The position numbers were made by a program, and so were the translations under genes. From Gemmatimonadales bacterium (lineage in GTDB: Bacteria > Gemmatimonadota > Gemmatimonadetes > Gemmatimonadales > GWC2-71-9): a stretch of DNA of 42,065 nucleotides. Each line of letters begins with the position of its first letter. Within the stretch, counting starts at the first letter, position 1. Shown piece after piece: positions 19,269 to 27,216 of the stretch. Location of the stretch: NCBI GenBank assembly GCA_041577295.1, contig JBFGJG010000035.1, forward strand, positions 1 to 42,065, in the 5' to 3' direction. The notes under the pieces are model-generated. The model was not told the origin of the DNA. It saw nothing but the letters and a program-made list of their open reading frames with translations, and ran no database searches.

Positions 19269-22200
19269 ATGGCTACTCGCGTTCGGTTCACGCGGCGTGT
19301 GCTCTCCGCGATCGCTTGGCTACTCCCCATGAGCGCGCTCGGTGTCACGGTTGGCGCCGCACAGGAGCCGCCACCGGCGGACACCACGGCCGAGGAGAAG
19401 GAGCAAAAGAATCCGCGACAGGAAGGTCTCCAACTCAAACCCGAGCGAAAGTTGCAGTACCTCGCAACGGAAGGCTCGTGGATCTCGCTCGATGTTTCAC
19501 CCGATGGCCGGTCGATCGTTTTCGATCTCCTCGGCGATCTCTATACGCTGCCCTTCGAGGGTGGACAAGCCACTCCGTTGACGCAGGGGATGGCGTTCGA
19601 CGCACAGCCGCGATTCAGCCCAGACGGACAGCGGGTCGTGTTCGTATCTGATCGGAGTGGCGGCTGGGGAGTGTGGACGATCTCGCTCGACATGCGTGAC
19701 ACCGTACAGGTTACCAAAGGCAAGACGCAGAACTACCAGTCACCCGAATGGACACCAGATGGGGAGTATATCGTCGTCACGCGGGACGCCCGTGGTCCGG
19801 GACGGTTACACCTCTTCCACGCCGAGGGGGGCTCCGGCGCCACGCTCATCGACGAGCCCGAAAACCTCCGCTCCGTTGGCGCAGCGTTCGGACCGGACGG
19901 GCGGTACATCTGGTTTGCTCGCCGTCGAAATACGTGGACGTACAACTCACCGATGCGAGAGTGGCAGCTCGCGGTCTACGATCGCGAGACCGGGGATTGG
20001 ACGACCCGATCGTTCCGGTATGGCGGCGCGGTCCGCCCCACGCTTTCTCCAGACGGGCACTGGCTCGTGTATGGAACGAGACACGTCGACGAAACCGGCT
20101 TGCGCATCCGCGATCTCCGCACTGGCGCGGAGCGTTGGCTGGCGCTTCCCGTGCAACGAGATGAGCAGGAAGCTGTGGCGTCCCGGGACGTGCTTCCGGG
20201 CATGTCCTTCACGCCGAACTCACGGGAAGTTGTCGCATCCTACGGCGGCAAGCTCTGGCGCATTCCCATCGATGGCAGCCCGCAACGGGAGATTCCGTTT
20301 CGGGTCGATGTCGATCTCGACCTCGGGCCGAGGGTGGCGTTTGACTACGCTATCTCGGATTCCGCCACGTTCGTCGCCCGCCAGATACGCGATGCGGTCC
20401 CGTCACCCGATGGCTCGCGGCTGGCGTTCACGGTGCTCGACCGACTCTACGTGATGGAAGAGGGTCGCGAGCCCCGGCCGCTGACCCAAGGGGAGGTCCC
20501 GGAACATCATCCGGCGTGGTCGCCTGGCGGAGAGTGGATCGCGTTCGTGACCGCCCCCTCACCGAACGGCGGTCATGTGCTCAAGGTCCGAGCTGACGGT
20601 CGGGGCCGTCCCGAGCGGCTCACCGCTGAACCCGCCCTGTTCAAGCAACCGGTGTGGTCTCCGCGAGGCGACCGAATCGTTGTGATCCGCGGCCCGACTC
20701 GGGCATTCGACGAGGCACTGCAACGTGGTGTTCCCGGTGGCGCGCAAGATCTCGTGTGGGTTCCCGCCGCTGGTGGCGCCGTCTCAGTCATTCGACCAGT
20801 CGATGACTTCGAGAAACCACACTTCACCAGCGATCCGGATCGCATTTACGCCTATAGCCATGAGGACGGATTGATCTCGTTCCGGTGGGACGGCACGGAT
20901 ACCAAGGCCCACGTGAAGGTCACCGGCGTGACCCTCCCGAACGCCAGTCAGCCGATTCACGCATCTCTCGTGATGATGGCCCCCAGGGGTGATCAAGCAC
21001 TCGCACAGGTGGTCAACGATCTCTACGTGGTCACCGTACCCTACGTGGGTGGCGACACGCCTACCATCTCGGTGTCGAATCCTGATGACGCCGCCTTCCC
21101 TGCGAAACGGCTGACCACCATCGGCGGTCAGTTTCCAGCGTGGGGCGCCACCGGCCGACAGATCCACTGGTCAATCGGTAACGCGCACTTTGTGTACGAT
21201 CTCGACACGGCGCGTGCGTTTGCCGACAGCGTGAACGCGGCAAAGCGGAGTAAAGACGTAGAAGAGGCAGAAGACGAAGAAGAGGAAGAAGACGAGGACG
21301 ACGGCGATCGAACGTACGAACCGACCGAGACACGGATCGAGGTTCGGGTGGCGCGTGACATCCCCGAGGGAACCGTCGTGCTCCGGGGGGCTCGGGTCAT
21401 CACGATGCGAGACGATGAAGTCATCGAGAACGCTGACGTGATCGTCGAGAACAACCGGATCGCGACTGTCGGTCCTGCGGGAGCCGTTCCGCTACCGGCC
21501 GAAGCACGTGTCATCGACGTCGAGGGTAAGACGATCGTTCCGGGTTTCGTCGACACCCACGCACACCTGCGGGCGGCCGCTGATATCCATCGGCGTGACG
21601 TGTGGTCCTACCTGGCAAACCTCGCGTTCGGCGTTACGACCACGCGGGATCCGCAAACCGCGACGACCGACGTGTTGACGTATGAAGATCTGGCGCGTGC
21701 TGGAAAGATTGTGGCGCCGCGCATGTACTCGACCGGTCCCGGTGTGTTCGTCAGCGAAAACGTGAAGACTGCCAAACAGGCACGAGACGTCCTCCGCCGG
21801 TATGCAAAGTACTACGACACCAAGACGATCAAGATGTACGTGGCGGGTAATCGCGAGCAGCGACAATGGATCATCGACGCAGCGCGCGAGGTCGAGATCA
21901 TGCCCACCACCGAGGGCGCTCTCGACTACATGATGGATTTGACGATGGCGATCGACGGTTATCCCGGGCAGGAGCACAACACACCCGGATTTCCCTTTTA
22001 CGACGACGTTGTCCGCCTGTACGCTGCCGCGGGCACCGCCTACACCCCCACGATCCTTGTGACGTACGGTGGCCCGTGGGCAGAGAACTACTTCTACGCC
22101 ACCGCAAATCCGTTCGACGACTCCAAACTCCGTCGCTTCACGCCGTTTGAAGAGCTGCAATCGCGGGCGTTACGCCGCACCGCGGGCTGGTTCCATCCCA

Positions 22201-22625
22201 AAGTCCACACCATGGACCGGGTTGCCAAACTCGTGGCCGATATCGTGCGAGCCGGTGGACTCGCTGGGGTTGGCAGCCACGGACAACTCCAAGGGCTCGG
22301 GTATCATTGGGAGCTGTGGGCGATGCAGTCCGGCGGCCTCACCGAGCACGAAGCGCTCCGCGTCGCGACAGTCCTCGGTGCTCGCGCCATCGGTCTGTCA
22401 CAGGATGTCGGATCGTTGGAAGCGGGAAAGCTCGCCGACTTGGTGATCCTCGATCGCAACCCACTCGAGGACATTCGCAACACCAACTCGGTGCGCATGG
22501 TCATGAAGAACGGACGTCTGTACGACGGGGATACGCTCGACGAACTCTGGCCACGCGAGAGGACGATGGGTCCCCTATACTGGCACGCGGAGGCCGAGCC
22601 GGTGACGGCCGCCGGAATCCGCTAA
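19269..22625 (+). CDS. Secreted amidohydrolase with N-terminal TolB/PD40-like beta-propellers
   Basis: Repeated SPDG/WSP propeller motifs; acidic linker EEAEDEEEEDEDD; PGFVDTHAH metal motif; GSLEAGKLADLVILD; start ATG 19269 after GAGGAG RBS. Confidence 0.9.
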   Translation: MATRVRFTRRVLSAIAWLLPMSALGVTVGAAQEPPPADTTAEEKEQKNPRQEGLQLKPERKLQYLATEGSWISLDVSPDGRSIVFDLLGDLYTLPFEGGQATPLTQGMAFDAQPRFSPDGQRVVFVSDRSGGWGVWTISLDMRDTVQVTKGKTQNYQSPEWTPDGEYIVVTRDARGPGRLHLFHAEGGSGATLIDEPENLRSVGAAFGPDGRYIWFARRRNTWTYNSPMREWQLAVYDRETGDWTTRSFRYGGAVRPTLSPDGHWLVYGTRHVDETGLRIRDLRTGAERWLALPVQRDEQEAVASRDVLPGMSFTPNSREVVASYGGKLWRIPIDGSPQREIPFRVDVDLDLGPRVAFDYAISDSATFVARQIRDAVPSPDGSRLAFTVLDRLYVMEEGREPRPLTQGEVPEHHPAWSPGGEWIAFVTAPSPNGGHVLKVRADGRGRPERLTAEPALFKQPVWSPRGDRIVVIRGPTRAFDEALQRGVPGGAQDLVWVPAAGGAVSVIRPVDDFEKPHFTSDPDRIYAYSHEDGLISFRWDGTDTKAHVKVTGVTLPNASQPIHASLVMMAPRGDQALAQVVNDLYVVTVPYVGGDTPTISVSNPDDAAFPAKRLTTIGGQFPAWGATGRQIHWSIGNAHFVYDLDTARAFADSVNAAKRSKDVEEAEDEEEEEDEDDGDRTYEPTETRIEVRVARDIPEGTVVLRGARVITMRDDEVIENADVIVENNRIATVGPAGAVPLPAEARVIDVEGKTIVPGFVDTHAHLRAAADIHRRDVWSYLANLAFGVTTTRDPQTATTDVLTYEDLARAGKIVAPRMYSTGPGVFVSENVKTAKQARDVLRRYAKYYDTKTIKMYVAGNREQRQWIIDAAREVEIMPTTEGALDYMMDLTMAIDGYPGQEHNTPGFPFYDDVVRLYAAAGTAYTPTILVTYGGPWAENYFYATANPFDDSKLRRFTPFEELQSRALRRTAGWFHPKVHTMDRVAKLVADIVRAGGLAGVGSHGQLQGLGYHWELWAMQSGGLTEHEALRVATVLGARAIGLSQDVGSLEAGKLADLVILDRNPLEDIRNTNSVRMVMKNGRLYDGDTLDELWPRERTMGPLYWHAEAEPVTAAGIR

Positions 22626-22643
22626 GGCCACGGGCGCCGCTGG

Positions 22644-23972
22644 CTACGCTTCGCGCGCGACTCGCCGGCAGGCACGCGTGAGGCGTTCGACCACGTCCGC
22701 CATCTCCGCTTCGGTAATCAAGAGCGACGGCGCGATCCGCATCACGTTGCCGTAGAGACCCGCGACGCCGATGAGCAGGCCTTCCTCCTTGGCGGACTCG
22801 AGGAGGGCTTTTGCTCGCTTGGCATCCGGTTGCTTGGATTCCCGATCGGTCACGAGCTCCAGTGCCTGCATGAGCCCCATGCCGCGTACTTCGCCAATCC
22901 ATTCGTGCTCTGCAAAACACGCCTCCAGACCCGCCCGGAGCTGTTGACCACGCGTGGCCGCACGCGCGGGGACGTTCTCTCGCACCATCACGTCCAGTGT
23001 CTGCGCGGTTGCGGCCATCGCGACGGGATTTCCGCCAAACGTCGAAATCGTCTTCCCCCGCCACGCATCGGCGATCTCCGGCCGGGCGATGGTCACACCA
23101 ACGGGAAAGCCGTTGGCGACCCCTTTGGCGGTGAACATGATGTCGGGCTCGACGTTCCAGTGCTCGATGCCGAACCATTTGTCACCCGTCCGCCCAAATC
23201 CCGCCTGCACCTCGTCGCAGATGAAGAGACCGCCGTACTTGTGAATGATCTCAACTGCGCGCTGGAAGTAGCCCGGTGGCGGAACCACATACCCACCGAC
23301 CCCCAGAATTGTCTCCGCCACTAGCGCCGCGGGTTGCCCGTTTGTCGTCGTGACGATCACCTCTTCGATGTCGCGGGCAAACGCCTCCGCCGCCTCTTCG
23401 TCACACCGGCCCGCGAACTCCGAGCGGTAACAGTAGGGCGCCCGCGCGTGACGGATCCCCGCAATCTGACTCGCCAGGGGACGCCATCCGGAGTGCGCCG
23501 TCACCTCGGTGGCAAGATGCGAGCGCCCGTGATAGGCGTGCCGTAAGGCGACGATCTCCATCCGACCCGTGTACATCCGCGCCGCCATGATGGCCGTCTC
23601 GAGCGCTTCGGTTCCGCTGTTGGTGAAAAAGCACTTTGTCAGCTGGCCCGGCGCAAGCCGCGCGAGCCGCCGAGCCGCCTCCACCTGATTCTCGCTGAGA
23701 TAGAGCGTCGACGTGTGGCCCAGTGTGCTGAGCTGGTCGCGGATTCTTGCTACGACCTCCGGATGACAATGCCCGAGCGAAGTAGTGAGAATGCCGCTAA
23801 AGCCATCGAGGTATTCGCGCCCGTCGGCGTCTTCGACAAACACACCCTCACCCCGTACGAGCACCAGCGGCTCGCGGTAGTAGGGAGCACAACACGGGAA
23901 GATGAACTCCTCGTGCCCCTGCCTGACGGTGTGTGTAAGTGGTGACCCGTCCACAGTGCTCAGCTTATTCAT
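22644..23972 (-). CDS. Class III PLP aminotransferase (AGXT2/GABA-AT-like)
   Basis: FFTNSGTEA, AYHG, DEVQAGFGRTG, TAKGVANG (PLP lysine), STFGGNP, VRGMGLM. Confidence 0.93.
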   Translation of the reverse strand: MNKLSTVDGSPLTHTVRQGHEEFIFPCCAPYYREPLVLVRGEGVFVEDADGREYLDGFSGILTTSLGHCHPEVVARIRDQLSTLGHTSTLYLSENQVEAARRLARLAPGQLTKCFFTNSGTEALETAIMAARMYTGRMEIVALRHAYHGRSHLATEVTAHSGWRPLASQIAGIRHARAPYCYRSEFAGRCDEEAAEAFARDIEEVIVTTTNGQPAALVAETILGVGGYVVPPPGYFQRAVEIIHKYGGLFICDEVQAGFGRTGDKWFGIEHWNVEPDIMFTAKGVANGFPVGVTIARPEIADAWRGKTISTFGGNPVAMAATAQTLDVMVRENVPARAATRGQQLRAGLEACFAEHEWIGEVRGMGLMQALELVTDRESKQPDAKRAKALLESAKEEGLLIGVAGLYGNVMRIAPSLLITEAEMADVVERLTRACRRVAREA

Positions 23973-24060
23973 CAGTCACTCCGAGGTAATGCCAATCGAT
24001 ACGCTTCGGGAAATAGCAACGTGACGGCTGTGGGGGAAGGGGAGGCCTGACGTGGAATGG

Positions 24061-24105
24061 GAAAGGGACAGGGGAGACGCGCGGCGTCTCCCCTGTCCCC
24101 TTTTC
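24061..24105. terminator. Strong GC hairpin, probable terminator for the 24121-24636 gene
   Basis: Perfect 16-bp stem GGGACAGGGGAGACGC/GCGTCTCCCCTGTCCC with 3-nt loop; short A and T tracts on either side. Confidence 0.8.
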
Positions 24106-24120
24106 AAATGGGGCGCCGGT

Positions 24121-24636
24121 TTATTCGCTGGCCAGGCGCTTGAGCGCCGCGTCGATTTGTGCCGCCGCCACTTTTCCTTCGGCCAGCCGCACAGAGCGGA
24201 ACGCCAAGACTTTGGTTCGCATGCCGTAGTACTCCACGTCCTCGACACCGCCGCCCGCGGCCAATTCCACCAGCAGCGAGGGTGTACTCTGACCGGCATT
24301 GATCGACAAATTCAGGATCCACTGGCCCTGGGACGGCCACTGCTGCTTCAGGGCGTAGACACCGGCGCGAGATGTCTCCGTGAACTCGAGGGGAATCGAG
24401 CGCCGCTGTCCATCCACCAGACCCTCCGCCGTTCCCGAGGCGTGAAAGCGCGCAGGTCGCTCGTGCATGTAGGCATGCACGAGTAGCGCGGCCCCATTGG
24501 CCGTCTGATCCATCGGGTTGGCGGGAATCTCCAGGGACATCCAGGGCGCTCCAACAACGGCGGGCTCGGTGCTGGGCGCCGACCCCATGGCGACTAACGC
24601 GAGTGGGGCAGCTAGCAACAAGACTTTGCGCGACAT
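24121..24636 (-). CDS. Secreted hypothetical protein, candidate ECF-sigma target
   Basis: AGGAGG RBS before ATG 24636; signal peptide MSRKVLLLAAPLALVAMG; beta-strand-rich mature region. Confidence 0.82.
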   Translation of the reverse strand: MSRKVLLLAAPLALVAMGSAPSTEPAVVGAPWMSLEIPANPMDQTANGAALLVHAYMHERPARFHASGTAEGLVDGQRRSIPLEFTETSRAGVYALKQQWPSQGQWILNLSINAGQSTPSLLVELAAGGGVEDVEYYGMRTKVLAFRSVRLAEGKVAAAQIDAALKRLASE

Positions 24637-24679
24637 GTGTGACCTCCTAGCGGTGCTTGCTTCAGCGCTTCGTGGACAT

Positions 24680-24713
24680 GGATAGGACGCCGCCGCTGCC
24701 AATTTGGTTTGAA
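24680..24713 (-). promoter_or_regulatory. ECF-type promoter, copy 2
   Basis: Minus strand TTCAAACCA-N15-CGTCCTATCC; same -35 and same spacing as the copy upstream of the sigma gene. Confidence 0.75.
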
Positions 24714-24719
24714 CTGCGG

Positions 24720-25595
24720 CTACGAACCCCGAAGCTCGAGAAGTCGGACCTGACCCTTGAAGCTCGTCACTCGAATGCGGGGACCGCCTCTTCCCATGTT
24801 GAAGGTGCCACTCGTCGACGGGCCGAGCTCATTCTCGAAGCGACCCTTGAGCGTGCGCACGTCGAAGTCGGCGACGAGGTCGGACGGGACCCGCAGCTCG
24901 ATGAGTCCACCGTGCGTCTCAAACGCAAACGACCACGCTCCACGGTCAAACGAGCCTGCGAACAGGATGTCGCCGGAGACCGAGCGCACTTCTCCCTGCG
25001 ACAGCCATTGGCCGTGCAGTGCGATGTCGCCGCTCACGGTCGACACCTCGACAAAGCCCCGCGCGCGCCGGATATCGATGTCGCCATCCACGGACTTTGC
25101 GCGAATCATCTTGGCCGCGAGGTCGATTTCGATCCGCCCGCCCGCCGTTTCTGCGTAGACACTCCGAGTGGCCCCACCCGTGACGCGAATGGTGCCCAAC
25201 TCCGATTCGGCATCGACGCCTCCCTCAACCCCCGTGACGTCGATCGTGGCGTCCACCGTGCGGATCCCCACGTACGTTCCCCGGGGGACGCGGATCTCGA
25301 GATCCGCCGTCGCGGTCACCGTCCCTTGCGTCGCTGACCGGCTCGGGATCACGCGGACCATCCCCGCCGGACCGTCTACCACCACCTCGACCCGTTCCAC
25401 CCCCGGGCCGCGCGTCCCCGTCACGGCTATCGAGTCGCGCTCCCACGCAACGACGCGGAGTGACCCGCCGACCGCCATGATCTTCATGGTTCCGTCGGAT
25501 GTGGACCGATGACCGACCGAAACGCGGGCTTGCGCGCTACCGTCAGCGGCGGTGAGACCGACCATCACGATGACTGCCACGATGACTCTGAACAT
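24720..25595 (-). CDS. DUF4097 beta-strand-repeat exported protein
   Basis: Signal peptide; repeated TVSGDI/SVDGDI/SVSGDI beta-solenoid units; typical third gene of ECF operons; start ATG 25595 with AGGAG RBS. Confidence 0.85.
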   Translation of the reverse strand: MFRVIVAVIVMVGLTAADGSAQARVSVGHRSTSDGTMKIMAVGGSLRVVAWERDSIAVTGTRGPGVERVEVVVDGPAGMVRVIPSRSATQGTVTATADLEIRVPRGTYVGIRTVDATIDVTGVEGGVDAESELGTIRVTGGATRSVYAETAGGRIEIDLAAKMIRAKSVDGDIDIRRARGFVEVSTVSGDIALHGQWLSQGEVRSVSGDILFAGSFDRGAWSFAFETHGGLIELRVPSDLVADFDVRTLKGRFENELGPSTSGTFNMGRGGPRIRVTSFKGQVRLLELRGS

Positions 25596-25606
25596 GCGCA
25601 CTCCTA

Positions 25607-26245
25607 TCAACTGCGGGCCGCCAGCCGGGTGACCTGTCGCAGCAACTCGAGCTTGTCTTCGTAACGACTCGACAACGCATCCGCGATCTCACGACTCCCA
25701 GGATCGTCCTCGAGCGCCCGTTGTGCCTCGAGGATCGCGGCATCGATGATCCGCAGGTTCCGCTCGACCACCGCTACCGTCTCTGGCGCGAGCGAGTCGC
25801 GCACCACTTCCAACACTTCCTCCAGCTCGGCCACGGCCCGTGCGTACTCGCCGTCTACACGTTGAAACTCGGCGACGAGCTTGGGACTCCAGGGCGCGTC
25901 CGCGAAACTCGGACGTGCTGTGGCGCGGAAGGACCACAGCAGGACGCTCGCGCCAATGGCAAGCGCGAGCAGTGCTGCGGCAGCCAGCCAACTCGGCCGC
26001 ATCCATCGGCGCGGTGATATCACAGGTGGATCGAGCGACGCATCGATCGCCGGCCAGAGATCGTGAGGTGGCTCGAGCGCACGCGGCAGGGCGTCGACAC
26101 GTTGGAGCAGCTCCCGGAGACGGTGTACTTCTTCTCGACACGTAACGCACTCGGCCAGGTGAGCTTCCATGGCGGTTACCTGCGCCGCATCGAGCGTCCC
26201 ATCGACATACTCGTTGAGCTGGCTTGCGTGGTCGTGTGTCTTCAC
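25607..26245 (-). CDS. zf-HC2 (ZAS) membrane anti-sigma factor
   Basis: L.EYVDG.L and HLAECVTC (HxxxCxxC); single TM WLAAAALLALAIGA; start overlaps the sigma stop codon. Confidence 0.88.
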   Translation of the reverse strand: MKTHDHASQLNEYVDGTLDAAQVTAMEAHLAECVTCREEVHRLRELLQRVDALPRALEPPHDLWPAIDASLDPPVISPRRWMRPSWLAAAALLALAIGASVLLWSFRATARPSFADAPWSPKLVAEFQRVDGEYARAVAELEEVLEVVRDSLAPETVAVVERNLRIIDAAILEAQRALEDDPGSREIADALSSRYEDKLELLRQVTRLAARS

Positions 26246-26808
26246 CGTTCGAGTGCCTCGCGCAGGAGCTTGCGAGCACGATGCAGTTGAGCCTTCGCGG
26301 TCCCCGGTGCGATGCCCACCATGTTCGCAATCTCCTCGTGCTTGTATCCCTCGATATCGTGCAGCACGAACACCGTGCGTGCACCGGCCGGTAGCTCGTG
26401 AATCGCCGCCTCGAGATCGACTCGGGCCTCTGTCGAGGCGCGCCCTCGTGACGCCAGCCCTATGCTGCCTTCCACACCGGAACGCTCACGCTCCGTGCGC
26501 CGCCGCTCGGATCGAAATGCGCCCAATACGACGTTAGTCGCCAGACGGTACAGCCAGGACGAGAACGCGCACTCTCCCCGGAACGAGCCCAGTCGGCGCC
26601 AGGTTCGGATGAACACGTCCTGGGTCAGCTCTTCCGCACGCACGGGATCCCCCGAGAGTCGCAGACACAGGGCGTAGATGCGGCCCACGTGAGCGCGATA
26701 GAGCTGCTCGAACGCGGAGCGGTCGCCGTCCTGCGCACGGCGCACCAGATCAGGCTCATGCTGCGCGTTCACCTCACGGCCATGTTGGGCAACTCCATCC
26801 GCATCCAC
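26242..26808 (-). CDS. ECF RNA polymerase sigma factor
   Basis: AQDGDRSAFEQLY, AEELTQDVF, FSSWLYRLATN, LHDIEGYKHEEIA, GTAKAQLHRAR; start may be the GTG at 26772. Confidence 0.93.
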   Translation of the reverse strand: MDADGVAQHGREVNAQHEPDLVRRAQDGDRSAFEQLYRAHVGRIYALCLRLSGDPVRAEELTQDVFIRTWRRLGSFRGECAFSSWLYRLATNVVLGAFRSERRRTERERSGVEGSIGLASRGRASTEARVDLEAAIHELPAGARTVFVLHDIEGYKHEEIANMVGIAPGTAKAQLHRARKLLREALER

Positions 26809-26822
26809 GCGTCACTGGGCAG

Positions 26823-26856
26823 GGATATGATGCCACCCAGGCTAAAATGGTTTGAA
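26823..26856 (-). promoter_or_regulatory. ECF-type promoter, copy 1 (putative autoregulatory)
   Basis: Minus strand TTCAAACCA-N15-CATCATATCC immediately upstream of the sigma gene; AAC -35 core and C[AG]TC -10 fit ECF promoter style. Confidence 0.75.
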
Positions 26857-27216
26857 AAGGCCACCTGGGGGGCTTCTGGACAAACCCGGTACCGGGTGCA
26901 CCTTTGAGGGAGTGGCGCCGCATGCGTTGTTGCACCGGCGCGGTGCTCGGTGAAGATGTCGAGCCACTGCGACAGCACCAACCCGGCGGGGCCGCAAGGG
27001 GCTCGTAGCGCCCCATCCACATCGTGACGTGTGGCCGGACACCCCAAACTCCCTCGGTACGGGGCACCGTCTAGCCACTGTAGGGTCTGAGAGGCTCTCG
27101 GGAGCCCTCGTTGTACCCGTTTGTGCCCGAGATCCTCACTCCGGCCCCCGGCGGACGTCATAACCGCCTCGGACCTGCTGCTTCGATGCTACCCTGTTGT
27201 AGGAAGGGGACTTGGC

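Noticed and set aside
21255..21310. GAA/GAC-rich purine tract as a DNA repeat element
   Set aside because: It simply encodes an acidic interdomain linker in the amidohydrolase
26955..27095. Cobalamin riboswitch (AGCCACTG occurs twice) or c-di-GMP-I riboswitch (CAAAC...CTGTAGGGTCTGA)
   Set aside because: Other core elements are missing (AGGGAA, CCCGCAACTGT and the B12 box; GNRA loop and GCAAA); kept only as a generic structured-RNA candidate
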